From positions 59,398,001-59,462,000 of the forward strand of contig OZ076409.1 of NCBI GenBank assembly GCA_964187785.1: 64,000 bases of DNA. The letters are read 5' to 3'. Of the stretch, positions 25,036 through 38,137 are shown one piece after another (position 1 is the first letter of the stretch; each line of letters begins with the position of its first letter). A program made the position numbers and the translations under genes. The notes beneath the pieces are model-generated. The model searched no databases, was not told where the DNA came from, and saw only the letters and a program-made list of their open reading frames with translations. Origin of the DNA: Amphiscolops sp. MND2022. Taxonomy: Eukaryota.

Positions 25036-28024
25036 AGGCGGAAAACGTCAGTATGGAGACGCCCGAGCCAGTGTCCACCAGTCCTCGCAGCGGAATAGGT
25101 GCTGCATGAGGCACCACGAAAGAGACCACGAGCGACGCACGCTCATCTATACGCGCTTCGCCGGTGGGCTCCTGATGATTGATGTTATAGCATTTGAGCT
25201 CCTGGGGACCCAGACAAATGCCAGGGGGAAATACATCCACCACCACACAGGCTTCGAATTTCATATCCACTCCATCCATTGAAGCGCAGACTGGCACTGG
25301 GGAATATGTTGTCAGAGTCGCAGACTCTCCCGGAGCGTACCATTCTTTCGGTCGAGGCAACTCGTTTCGTTTGTAGAGGATAGACAATTCGACCCATAGC
25401 TTCGCCAGAGTTAGCGTCGGCCTACGTATTTGCTCAGCTGCCAGCAACAGGTGAATTGAAATCAGCGTCCGTCCTTGCGGATCGAACGTCGTGGGTTCCA
25501 AGCAGGTCTGAACTTGCTTAGCACCACAAGTGAATGTCATCGGAGTGTGGAACGCAGGCGGTTCCGCTGGATGTAGCATCAACACACGGTCATCTTCCAA
25601 AGGTACGGTGTGCGCGGCGATGCCAGCTGATTCGACCTCGGCCCATCGATTGTAGGCCAACTCGTCATTGGGTTTCGGCGCATGGGAGTGCTCACCACAT
25701 TGCACTTCCGCCTGATCGAAAAGTCCACAGCTCGTGCATTGATAGATCCCCGGATGACCTTCAAGGATACCATCGGTCGTGTCTTCCGTGGTCACCTTTA
25801 CGCCCTCTGGTTCGGAGGCAGTCATTGGTTTTCGGGCTTGGTCACGATTGGGGCACTCGCGAGCAAAATGTCCGTTTTGCCCACAGTGGAAACAAGCACC
25901 TACCGGCGCTCGGGCGGGCGCTGGGACAGCGGGAGTTGGGACATTTTGGGGTGGCGCCGGAGGTGGCAGGACGCCCTGCGGCATAACCATCTTGTTCGGC
26001 GGCAGTGGTGCGAAAGGATGAGGTCTAGACCTCATGGCTAATCTGGGATCATAGGGTTGTTGAGGTTGGGTGGGTCTAGGACGTTTTCGTTGCAATTGAC
26101 GTGTGGTAAATCGCAAGGACTCCACGGTAGGGGGTTCGGTAAGAAAAGTCTCCGAGGCGTATACTATGGCAAGTTCACGCCTCAACACTGGATCTCGCAC
26201 ACCTTCCATGAAGCGTTGCAAGATTTCATAACGTTTGGTAATGATACTTTCTTGCGGGAATCCTTGGCTCCTGAGACCCTCTAAAGCGTCTAAGTACTGC
26301 ATCCAGTCCTCTTTTTCTTGTTGGACGCGGCTTTGAAAGGTCTGCCGCACCTGCATACGATTTCCTCCCGCGCCAAATCGGCTAGATAGCAACTCAAACA
26401 CCTTCTCGGGGGTGTCACGTTCAGACTCAGCCTTGTTGATGATGTAGTTGCGAGCCTCACCCTCGAGGTGACCGATAATGCTCCAGGCCCGATCTTCGGC
26501 CGAGATCTTGGCTTGGACTCTTTTCAAGTATCGCTGCATCACTAAGATCCAGCCATCAATAGACCCGTCCTTAGAGCCTCGATACACGCTGGGTTTGGTT
26601 TGAGCCAGGTCACGTCCCGCAAGCAACGGTGCTAGCTCTTTGGACATTGCTTTGGAGATGGCGGCAGTGAACCTCAATTGCTCGGGAGAGATGACTTCAG
26701 CCTCTCCTTCCTTGGGTGCCACTTCATCAGTACCGTCGTCACTGCCATGCGTAGCTCGCACTGAGAGGTTCGTCACGTCTTCTTTCCTGCGAGTGCTACT
26801 CGCGCAAGGAGCGCCCGAGGGCATTCCGTCCTCGGCTGTCCAGTCGGCGGTCAGATACAGGGAGTCCGTTCCAGAAACCATGGTAGGGGCCGTCGCATAC
26901 GCAGCTCCATCAGTCTGGGACCCTAGTGTGGCCTTAGTACAGGATAAATCAACTTCGGTAGAAGTATCTAGATAGATAGGTGACATCGGGTCCACACCTT
27001 GGTCTCGGGTGGCACTTCGAACTACGGAGGATGTTATTTGACTCATCGACGAGGAGTCGTGGGGCCCTCTTACCTGCACCCGTGCAGGTTTACGCTCCAC
27101 AGCAGCCATGATGGGTACAGGATCCTTGGTTCGGGTTTCAGGCGTCGTCGACTTGGAGGTGCTAGGCTTCAATGCGCTCGCCACTTCGGGTTTTGTTGCC
27201 TGACCCTGGTGCGATGATTCCGGAATCTTAATTGAATCCGCGATCGGCACACCTTCAGTGGCACCAGATTGTCGTGGGAGGGACCTTTCGCGCCTCATGA
27301 TGTTGATAGCCTTGAGCACAGTGTGCATTTGGTTACTCAAATCATTGATCTGGGTTTCCACACGAAGTTCACGGGCCATCAAGAGGTCATTCATCTCACC
27401 CATTCTGTAGCCTAGTGCATCTACGCGAGCACTCTGCGTGTTCTGCGCGGTTCGCAGTTGATCACTGACCTGCAATCCTTCTCGCATCGTTGTCTGCAAC
27501 GTTCTCATATTTTCTGCGATGGCACGATGTTGGTCATTGCACCCAGCACGAGTGCTAGCCAGTTCAGCTAAGGCACGTTGGGTCTCGGCTTGGGCTTCCA
27601 ATATTGCGGCTTTGTACACCGAAGATCGCTGGGACGATGCCACTGAACCTGCCACGCTCCTCTTACGAGGCACCTCAACTTGACGTTCACCTACATTTAT
27701 CATGGGTGGTCGCACTTTCTTGTGTTTGCCATAGGCACAAACTCTAGTGTTACTTCGAGTGACTCCAGACCCATGCGGTCTCGCACCACTCGTGTTCTCC
27801 GAGTAGGTAAGATCCTCATCCACCGTGATCTGTAGGCGGGAGCTCATCTTTTCCCCTAGGGGTGCGCGAGAGCACCCTTCCTCAGCTGCAAGTTCGTTGG
27901 TCACGTTTGAGTTGGGCCACTCCTCTTCTGCTTCATTGGCTCTTTCACGACAGGTTTCTTCGACCCATTGTTCGGTTCGACGAGAGCTTCCAGATGCAAC
28001 GGAACCCTCAGAGGGAGGGACCAT
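25030..28024 (-). pseudogene. First gag copy, truncated just after the protease DTG motif
   Basis: Direct duplicate (offset 10810) of 14220-17214; the duplication extends to 28236 (=17426); the ORF ends ...LVDTGSGVSILTFSAFN plus junction residues. Confidence 0.93.
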
Positions 28025-29396
28025 GGCGGCCAATTCCTCCTTGCGTTGTTGCTCGATAGTGACTTCGTCAGACATTTCGTCTGAAAAATGCGAACCGTCC
28101 ATTGTGGATCCTATGGTCACACATGACTGCGAACTCATGTCAAGCTTTTCCAGGCCTGGTAGGACCATTACACACGATGCCAATGGCAGAGTAGGTGTCA
28201 ACGATTCGGATGTAGCCTTTATAGAAGTCTCGAAGAACGTGGGATTTGTCGAGTCGCGGTTAGCTCTAGGCTCGTCTCGGTGTGGACTTAAGAAATTTGA
28301 CTGTTTCGCAACGTCCCAAATTTCTCGAAATACGTTTTAAGGCTCGTAGGCTGCTCAAATTCGCACAGCACTTTCCCACAAGCACACTGGGTCAGAAAAT
28401 CGATCTAGTTTGGGGCCAAAAGCCTCCGGTCACTCACAGGAAGAATTTCAAAGAATTTCTGGATTTTCCAAAAATCGCACAACAACACTCAAGAGGCTCG
28501 TGTGTGCGCTGGAAGCGCTGTATCAAGCCCAAAATTGACCAGCAGATCTTAGGTACGCGTAGGTTTACGAAAATAAACACAGAATTGAGCTGCACCCCTT
28601 CTACACAGTTTCACCTAGGTACAGACGTGCGGTACCACTATGTACCGAGATACACTGTTTTTCACGTCTTTTTCCAGATTGCGGTCCACTGGAAAAAGCT
28701 ACCCAGCTCAAATTCTCTGCAACAACGTAGGAACTAGTACAAGTTACGATGGTGAGCTGCAATAGGGCCCCACCCGTCGGCTAAGGTACCCGGGTTACTT
28801 GGAAAAATTTTAAAAAAACTACCTTTTTGCACACCTTTTTGGGCGCCGCGTTTTTCCTATTTTCTCGACAAGTATCACACAGATTGGCACCAAACGTAGT
28901 AGTCTATGCCAGTGGGCACCTACAATGCCACTGATATGGTCGAATTGAAGCGCAAGCGCTTATTTGAGGTTTCGACCCACTATGTACGTTGTACACGAAA
29001 AAACACTGTTTTTGACGACTTCTTTCACAAATTGACGAAGAGGATCACCTCAGAAAGTGATACGGCGGGTACAATGGGACCAACGTGTTGCCCCACTATC
29101 CGTAGCACTGGGATAAGCCCCCAATTGGTTGTGCCCGTTAGGTATAAGGCACTGACAGTCCTGCAGTTTTGGATTTTTTCGGTCCTTTTACGCTTCTCTG
29201 AGGTCGAAACGTCAGAGAGCTTTTCTCGACTTTGGTGACCGATACGCCCACCAAATTTTCGGCACTAACGTCAATTTTTGTGGTGGTTACGAAAATGCAA
29301 CCACTTTTTGGCTAGGGTTCAGGAATCGATGACCCGACCCTAGCTCAGAGACGGTCCGGTTTTGTGGAAAATTGATCAAATTCTGTGCGTTTTTCC

Positions 29397-29662
29397 ACTT
29401 TTCTCAGCACTGGAAAGGAATTTTTGCATGCGGTTTTCACTACAATGCGTGGTTTTTACTATAAAAACAGAAAACGAGAGCACAAAAGCTCCTGATTAAC
29501 AAAAAGACAGAGTGCCCAGGGGGTTTTTATTGTGTGCTAGGACACTCCTGAAACTAACTGAAATTCTAGGTTTATCGACTTTTCTCGACACTGAAAAGGA
29601 GTTTTTGCACGCGGTTTTCACCACAATGCGTTATTTTTATTGCGACAACAGAAAATAAGAGC
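29397..29662. repeat. Two diverged ~85-bp direct repeats in the long 5' leader
   Basis: ACTTTTCTC..CACTG.AAAGGA.TTTTTGCA.GCGGTTTTCAC.ACAATGCGT...AACAGAAAA..AGAGC at ~29397 and ~29578. Confidence 0.8.
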
Positions 29663-30840
29663 GTTCAGACTCGCTCTGGTCCACTAAGTTTCACTCTCAA
29701 GACTTTCAGACAATGCACTTTTTATGCCTAAAAGCACCTTAAATTACCGGTTTTTTGCACCGTGTCAGCCCCAGCCTGCCTGAATCCGCTGTAAAAGTTA
29801 CAGTTAGTGTCCTGTTGGTTTACTACGCTTGACAAAACACCGTACACTGCTTTTTCACACTTCTACACAAGTGTACGCCTGTGTTTCTGGGTGCCTTTTT
29901 GGTCAAAATTCCATTTTTTTGCAATTTTCTGGTGCTAGATCGGCACTTTTATCACAACCAAAGGCAAAATTACGGCCTTCTGTGCCTCGTACTAGCTTTC
30001 TCGAACCTTGCAGCTGCTTTTTACAACACTTTTCACGAAGTTTTTCTGGTTCCGCTGAGCACAAGTGCTCAAAACCACGAAAAACACGAAAAAACGCAAA
30101 ATCAGGGTTTTTTCACGCAAGTGCTATCTTTTTTGCAGAAAAGCACTTCGTAGGGTGTCGTTACATCTACAATAAAACATTACTGACCTGCACCAACGAT
30201 TCCCCGTCGAAAAAGGTGCATTTTCAAAAATTTCACCGACCATGAGCCATTTGAGCGACGCGTCCGGTCACAGGGGGTGCACCTTCACCACGCTTTTTCT
30301 CCACATCCAGACCAGATAGAGACACGCGGTTTGGACCATTAGCATCGTCTGCAATTGCACTTGCTGTCCACCAAAAACCATACCTCTAGGACGTCTCCAC
30401 GAGAAATGGGAGTAGAAAGTAGGCAACACACAATTTGACTTCCCCTTCGCCTCGCTGGTTCATGGTCAGCCATCCACCAGTTACCTTCTTGCATGGCATA
30501 AAATGGCTGAAAATAGCTTGCAAAACCTGTTAAACACCCGTAGCCACGTGCTACGGTCCTCAGCACCTGCAAAAAGATACCCTCTGATGGGCACACAACA
30601 CATCACACAAAAATATCGATTTCCTTCCAGAATACCTAAAAATACCATTTTCGCACCTGAAAACGTGATTTTTTCGGGTTTTCTCTGGTTCAACGCCTCT
30701 CCCAGTTCCAGTAGAATGTCACACGACTAAAAAGGGTAAAACTCTGCTTCTCTCTCCTTTTACAGAGTCGAAACGGGCTTGGCGCTGATTACCAGGGGGC
30801 CAGATCTTTTAAAAACCGCTAGGGAAAGCTTCCCAAGACG

Positions 30841-30858
30841 ATCCCTCTGTGGTCGCCA
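30841..30858 (-). promoter_or_regulatory. Primer-binding site, probably tRNA-Arg
   Basis: Minus strand TGGCGACCACAGAGGGAT is complementary to a ...TCCCTYYGTGGTCG-CCA tRNA 3' end, resembling metazoan tRNA-Arg(TCG) from memory; it lies 15 nt from the LTR. Confidence 0.7.
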
Positions 30859-30873
30859 AAAAATGAGGTTCTA

Positions 30874-31588
30874 TGTAACGATAAGCGCTGGCGTTTGAAC
30901 CGCAACGTAGAGTGGAGGAACTAGAACAGCGAATATAATCCGGGACTTAGATCTCCGCGGCCCTAGCTCATTTTCCCTCCGAAGGAGCCAGTCCCAAGGT
31001 GGGGGAACCGTCTTGTTGGAAACTCTCTGGCCTGGTCCTAGTCTGTAACTGCTAAAAGTAACGGGCATCTTGCATGTCTCAAGACCACTGCTCAATTAGC
31101 CTTTAAAAAAAGGACTGAAAACAGGAGGATGTTGAGCCATAATATTGGAGAATCTGATAAAATCGACATCAAAAAGGGGTAACCATAGATGTAAATGGGC
31201 AGCTCTCGAGCATATCAATCTACTACAACAAGGAAAGCACAATAGACATAACAATATCACAAGTTCGAGTTATTTAACAGGAGCGAATCGACCATGGCTT
31301 CCCAGCGCTAGCGCTCGTCACCGCACCGGACACCGCAGGATCTTCAGGCGAACATCTGGAACACCGGTTTCTGTTACCTACGTAGTGTAAACGCCAAAGA
31401 TGGGCACATCACCGTGTTCTAGGGACTGCTTTCTACGTCTTCTCTTCTCGTCGTCTCTCGCGGGGGGCGATTTCTGATTTCTGATCTGCTTTTCTGACAG
31501 GTCTTTCGTCTGGAGCATGTTTGAGTGCCACGTCAGATTTGAACGAATTTTTGCTTCGAAAATTTTGACATGGGCAGTTGCCGTTACA
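30874..31588 (-). repeat. 5' LTR (715 bp)
   Basis: Partner of 1884-2598; adjacent to the PBS. Confidence 0.97.
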
Positions 31589-33829
31589 AAGGGCATGCAA
31601 TGCGTTCCAATTTGAACTTTGGTTGTTCGAAAACAAAAATATCATTTAAAAATTTTGCTGACTTGGCTCGACGTAACGCAAGCCTAATGACATAGACCCA
31701 CAGGTGGGAAAACAATGGAGCCTAGGAAAAAAAAGATAACTGTTTTGTTCTGACTTTGGAATTGATAGCGAGACAAAGAAGCCAATTTAGAAAATGAGTT
31801 TCAAAAGCTCAAATGGGGAGACGATTCAACCTATTTTCGAAAAGAGAGGAAACTGAGATACGCTTTGTTATACAATTGATCAATTGTTTCGTCGCCTAGT
31901 TAGATGTTAGATTCTATACACTCCAATCATGATAAAGTGAATAATTAATTCAACAAAACAAAACATTGAATAGGCTTGAGCACTAGAAAAATTCTGAAGA
32001 AGCCGGAAAAAAACACACCATATACGCTAGCTCATCAATTAAAATATCAAAAATTTCTTCTAAACAGTATACCAAAACTTCAGGACTCAGTTAAGCATAC
32101 AAGTTGTATTTTACAACTGATTTATCTTTTGTTTTAACTGCTGACTCCAGTTTTAGACATTTTCTATTACACTTTAGTTACTTTCAACCAGACTTCCGGA
32201 AGTCGTATTTTTGAACATTTTACGCGTTTTTGAGAAACGAGAAATCTTAGTTTGAGCACGGTATTTTAAAAATCTCTTTTCCTCCATTGTTTTTGCCATT
32301 AGATAACTGGAATTGCAGCAAGTACTTTCCACTTAGCCTAGCGGTTAACGCGGATTTATGAGGAAAAAGTTCTAAATTGATTCGGTGCTAGAGTCAATTG
32401 TTGTTCAACGAACCTATTTCGACTGGAATTCCCTGCTCGTTTTTATTTCTTTTTTGTTTTTTTTTTTAAACCATAATCTTTAAATCTTTGAAGATTTTCA
32501 TTGTTCAGAGACAGCGTTTTCAAGCTATTCACCATAAAAATAGATGATGGTGAAAAAAAATAAAATGAGAGGAAGGAAAGAGAGGCAAGTGCTTCTGACT
32601 CCAATGTTTTTGTTGAAAATCGGAAACGTCTTCGAAAAGGAAATCCACTTTTCATCAGTTTTCCCTTTCTTTGAATGAAATAACTAATGAGCGACAAAAG
32701 CGTTCATGAAATTAAAACAATGGCTTCCTGAAATTCTGCTACTACGGAGTTTTGTCTTTAAAGAGGTCATTTAGACAATAATTGATTTTGATGGCAATTT
32801 GCAAAAAAAAAGATATTGACAATCAAACATTATTTCATTGATAACTAAATCAACTTATCAAACAAGACTGTACGGTAGGAAATAGTTTTTTTTTGCATAG
32901 TAATTCAGTAATCAGGAAAATTCCATTCGAGAAGCAGATTCCACTTTTCCTAGGAAACACAGTAAGAAATAGAAATTTGCCAATTGATTGAGGTTGTCAA
33001 AAATTAAAATCGGTTTTCTTTGTCCGGTAGTAATAGGCTCCGCCGGGTTTTTCAAACGCTGATCAAACTCATAACTTAATCTTCATTGAAAAACTTTCTA
33101 TATGCGTCTTCAATGGTGTGTTATTGCTGCTTTTATGGCCTGCTGTGTTATTAGAATGGGACAGTAACGTAGCAAACAGTTGCTCAGTTACTGCCCTGGT
33201 TGAAACTGCTTGAACATTTTACAAGTTTTTGTAGGTTACCAAGCTAATTTTAAGTGACTTTAAAAACTTCTCAAAGAAAATTCCATGCATTTAAACTTCT
33301 CTGATTCAATTCAATTTTATCAAGCTGCCTTAAAGATGCATACTAAAACTGGCAGCAATTCCCATACACGAATTTTTGCAGCTTTAATTGAGAAGCAATT
33401 CTAACTTTAAAAGAAGCTGAGACCTAATCAATTTTACCGCGATTTCAATGCTAATAAACTTCGTTCACATTATAAGTTTCAGAGTAGCGTCATATTCAAC
33501 GTGCCGTTTGACTAATGGTGATAACATATGGTATTCAGTTGAGAAATTTTCGGGTGAAAAATGTGATAGCGACGGTGAAGAAGTGAAAAGTTTTCGATTG
33601 TTAATTGAAATAGTGGAAGCTGCATGTAATCATACAAAATTTCTCCATTCGTGCTCTAAGTATTTTCTATGTTTGTTAAAAAAATAGAATGCATGCACTG
33701 ATGCAACAAGGAAGACTTTCCGGCAACTCACGACTAGGGTGAGAAATATGAAGTGAAACGTGACTCTTAGAGTGACTCTTTTTTTTCAATTCACACGAAC
33801 TGAACAAAATATATCTTGAAAGTTCTACG

Positions 33830-34208
33830 AAATTCGATGGTCCAAAACTGAATCATTTGGCCTAGCGAACTGAACCAAAAAGGATTTCTCTTTTTCCGCG
33901 TTACATACAATAACGGGAGAGACTAAAGGTTCCCTCCTTTCATTTTTTTCAACATTGTGATACTTTTTTCGGAAAAAATTCACCAAAAGGTCCCCCTTCA
34001 ATTTTTTGATATTTCGCAACAAAGGATGTTAAAAAATGCGAAAGGGTCCCCCTCTTAGCGCACCGCGCTAGCGGTCCCCCGGCGGGCCATTTCGTAAATT
34101 TTTTGAGTTTTTCAGGAACTGTAGAAGAGAATTTTTCGAACCTTTCAAGTCCATTTGCTCTTTTTGAGCCTTACATATGGCGCCGACTTAGGTCGGTCCC
34201 GGCTTGTT
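33830..34208 (+). repeat. Dispersed repeat copy sharing its 3' end with the SINE-like copy at 36747-37190
   Basis: TTTGAGC.TTA...TA.GGCGCCGACTT.G...G.TC...CT.GTT at ~34163-34208 and ~37144-37189; left boundary approximate. Confidence 0.45.
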
Positions 34209-36746
34209 AAATGTAATATTTTGCAAATGTTTCTCTTTTTCCAGTTACTTTTTTGCCAATGGATAGGAAAAAAGCTATATTGATACAAATAACAACTTAC
34301 CCCAAATACTCCAGTAGATTGTCGATAAAAAAGACAAATTTTCGTTTCCCTATATTCTTTTTGCACTTCGCGTAATTTTCTATTGATAGCGAAAAAAAGC
34401 GCTGTCTCATTTGAGGACAAAATCACAGTCGAGGTTATGTTTATCCATACACTAAAGTGCTCAAGATTCCTAAAACATACCTCAGTTTTTGAATGTCTTT
34501 GTTAATTCAATCTCTAGTCGAGGTTGCTAGAACTTTTACATGCTGCATGGAAACATGCAGGCTATTTTTTCACAAAACATGGAAAATTCCGGATGACTGC
34601 ATCGAAAAATTTTGCAGGATTAGAATGCAGCCTCCACTATTTGAATTAAAACTGAAAACTTTTCCAGTGGTTCACCACCGCGATCATTTTGTTTTCACGC
34701 GTCAGTTTCTCAATTAGGTACCTTATTTAACCACCGTTATTCAAATAGCACGCTGTTGTTGACGCTACTATGAAATTTATAATGTGATTGAAGTTTATAT
34801 GCATTGAAAGCGCGGTAAAAGTAAAAATGATGAAGGTATCGGCTGCTTTCAAAATTAGAACGTCATAATGAAACCTGCAAAACGTTGCGGCGCAGAATTG
34901 CCGCCAAATTTAGCATACATCTTATAGGCAGCTTGATAGAATTAAATCGAATCAGTGAAGTTTTAATGCATGGGCGTTTCTTTGAGAAGTTCATAAAATC
35001 ATGGAAAATTATTTTTGTAACATACAAAATCATGTTAAAAGTTGAAGCAGTTCCAGTCGGGGATGTTAGACTTTTTACCTTGAGACATGAGTCCACTGGA
35101 AATTATGGGGAATTGAAATATGTCAAATCCGGGGGAAAGTCGGTTGACAAAGTTCAAAAATAATTTCATTTAACATAAATGCTTCTCATAAATGCAGAAA
35201 AATGGAACGGACAATTCGTCAGAATATCAAATACAACACAAAAGCGTGCACCACTTAATGGTCTGAGAAAAAAACCATATTTGCAATAAATAGGAAGCTT
35301 CCTATCTTTTGCAAATATTGTTTTTTCTCTCAGGCCAATATATTTGGTCAAGGTTGTCCTAGGGTAATACAGAAATTGATATTTTGAAAATTACTTCCAT
35401 CAAATGAGATAGCGGGAACTTTCAAACAGCTTCTTGACTGTTGTCAGTTTTCCGTACCATACAGACTCTTGATGCGCGTCATTCTCATTTCATCAAAAGA
35501 CCGAGTGAATACATTTTCATTTTTCATTGAATTTTTTCAAAGTGTTTCAGTGAGGATCAAACATTTCCTTGAGAACGAAAAATTGGAGCCCAAAAAATTG
35601 AACCTTCTTTGGAACTTTCGCTTATACACCAACCATAGAAGAAGTCGTTAGTAAAAACAATGGACTCCCAATGAAGATAGAAACAATTTTTGAGAAAAAA
35701 TTCCCATTGTTTTCGTTCAAATCGTTAGTTTTGCTCATTTCATTCGGTGACAAAAATGTGAAACTTAACTGACAAACGGAGATGCTTGGCAATCAAAAAC
35801 CATCTATTTTTTTCTGTCTTTCATATGAAACATCAGCAGATTTCGTTCCCATAGCAACTCGAAGACTTGTTTAGTTGAATAAATAGATAATAGTCAAAAA
35901 ACTTGTTTCTGACAACTGAATGACTCGTCAAAATTTTTACTAGGTCATTCGGAAAACGAACTCACCAAAAAACTTCTACCAAAAGTTCTACAAAATTTTA
36001 AGGCGCCAACTTGTACCATTTGTGTTTTGGAACTGAACTATAAGTGTTGAAGTTTCTGATATGATCAACATACTATTGTAACGTCCAGCAAAAGACGTCA
36101 CAAAAATTCGATGAAATGTGCGATAGCAAAATTTCTAAATCAAGATGGCCGACCTGACAGGTACTGGAAATTAAAAAGGATGATGGAAAATGGTGCAAAA
36201 TGACTTCTATGATGTACTCTGCTAGGTGGCTGACGTTACATATATCTGATTATTTGATTGTCAAAAAATATATTCCCGAGTTTTCTACGTTGTATCTGAA
36301 GTTATATACTAAAAGTATATTTTACTGGGGAGGAGCCGGAGGTACTCAATTTTGCGTTATATCCGAACTTTGACGTTATACCCGAATTGAATTGCCCTTT
36401 ATCAAGGAGGAGGCGGAGATTCGAAATGAGGTGAATTGCGTATGCCTAAAGAAGTGGCGTTACAAAAACCTAGGTAACCTCGTTTGATTAGATAAATTAG
36501 AGGTACCATTGAGTCAAAAACATTGTTTGAAGTTGGATTGAAGTTATATTTCCTCAGGCTTCATTAATACTAAACGACCAATTTTTTTCAATAAAAAGGA
36601 TCAACAATCATTTTGGTTTCAACAATTCCTAAATGTTAGTTTGCGATGTCATTGCGCTTGAAAAAATACGCCTTTTTTCAGACCACAGACATCACACTGG
36701 TCCACAGACAATCACCACAGACAATGGTCCTCTTTTATGCGGATTG

Positions 36747-37190
36747 GTATCATTTGGTCTAGTGGTCAGAATGTCTGTTTGACAACCAGGAGTTGGTTGG
36801 GTTCTAATCCTACTCAGGACTGATTTTTTTTGTAAACCTTGACTGCATGAAAAATGCGACTCTTTTTGGCGCTGTGCCACTATTTTTCATTTTTTCATTT
36901 CATCAATTTTTCCATCTCCGATTTTTGTCTGTTTTCGGAAAACAAATGTTTTGAGCCTAAGCGATCACCTTTTGGGTTTTTTAGCCATGTGCACTTTTTA
37001 CTGAGGGAGATTTTTTGATCATTTTGAGTCTTTTGATGTTTTCAATAGAAAAAGGTTTTTTTTCGAGCAAAATAGGCGCCTTTCCAATTTTTGGCATTTT
37101 CAATCTGAGAATTTCATAAAAGCCATTCTGCGCATATTATTGTTTTGAGCTTTAAGCTAGGCGCCGACTTGAGACGTTCTTGTCTCGTTC
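36747..37190 (+). mobile_element. tRNA-derived SINE-like element (or tRNA pseudogene head)
   Basis: Pol III A box TGGTCTAGTGG (~36755) and B box GGTTCTAATCC (~36800) at tRNA spacing; no clean cloverleaf; shares its 3' tail with another repeat. Confidence 0.55.
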
Positions 37191-37364
37191 AATACCATCA
37201 TGTAAACTTCATGCCTAATGTCACTTACAACACAAAAATCAAATTTATAGAAGAAAAATGTACAATTAAAAAATTGCATCTGGTTACAAACATTTAGAGG
37301 ATTGTCTCTGAAGCTGTTCTGACACTTCAGCAAGAAATGATTCTGAACTGTTTTTCAAATATTA

Positions 37365-38137
37365 TGTAACGGCAAGCTGTTATCGGTCGCTTAACGCGTT
37401 AACAGAGGTGGAGGAACCTGCAGGAATGGGTGAATCGCTCGGGACAGGCGCCCATCGCCACAGATCCATTTTGCTTCCAGGGGTGAAATTCGTCCCGGGG
37501 CCGCGGGTGCTTCGACGAATACTGTCCAACCGGTCCTAGTCTTTGATTGCTAATAGTAACGGGCATCTTTCTGACTCTCTAAAGACCACCGCTTAACTAG
37601 CATATAAAAACAATGCCAAGAATAAGGTAAATTTCCAGTTCCGGGGTGACATGTGAATAAGATCTAAAATTGGGGAATAAGATCTAAACTAGCGCTAGCG
37701 CTACTGAATACAGCCAAAATCACTGAAAATACATGAAAACAGGCACGAATATGGCAAACCACACAGCTAAAAAGCTGGGGCGCAGGGACTCCAAGCACCA
37801 AACAAGGATCTTTAGGCGAAAAGACTCATTTTTACGGTTTCCGCTACATAGGGTAGCACAATGCTGAAAATTGATAAAACCGGTGTTAGCACCTCAAAAA
37901 GAGTCTATTTTTGGATGTTTTTGCCGTCTCTGGCTTCTGTCATGGCGGCGCGCCCGTGTTTTTGCTCGTTCTTGCTCTTTGTTGTCGAAGTACCTGCCAA
38001 TTTCGTGGAAACAGCGAAAAGAGCAATCACATGCTCAGTGCCACTTCACACATCGGATTAGAATTTTCGACAAAATTTCTGAGCATGTCAAAGTTGCAAA
38101 ATCGGTTGATATTGCTGTACCAGAGCTTGTCGTTACA
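37365..38137 (-). mobile_element. Diverged solo LTR related to the giant element (773 bp)
   Basis: TGTAACGGCAAGC...GCTTGTCGTTACA termini; shared blocks GTGGAGGAAC, GGTCCTAGTCT..TGCTAA.AGTAACGGGCATCTT, AAGACCAC.GCT, AGCGCTAGCGCT, AGGATCTT.AGGCGAA. Confidence 0.85.

Larger units (their letters stand above)
1884..31588 (-). mobile_element. Giant Ty3/Gypsy-type LTR retrotransposon with an internal duplication/inversion (29.7 kb here; ~18.9 kb native)
   Basis: Paired 715-bp TG...CA LTRs, PBS, PPT, gag-PR-RT-RH-IN domain order and an extra 3' ORF; AAG flanks both ends. Confidence 0.96.

Noticed and set aside
1884..31588. Two or three separate nested retrotransposon insertions
   Set aside because: No LTRs or TSDs at the internal junctions; a single LTR pair brackets everything.
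36747..36820. Functional tRNA gene
   Set aside because: A and B boxes are present, but the stems do not pair well and it runs into a repeat body; treated as SINE-like.
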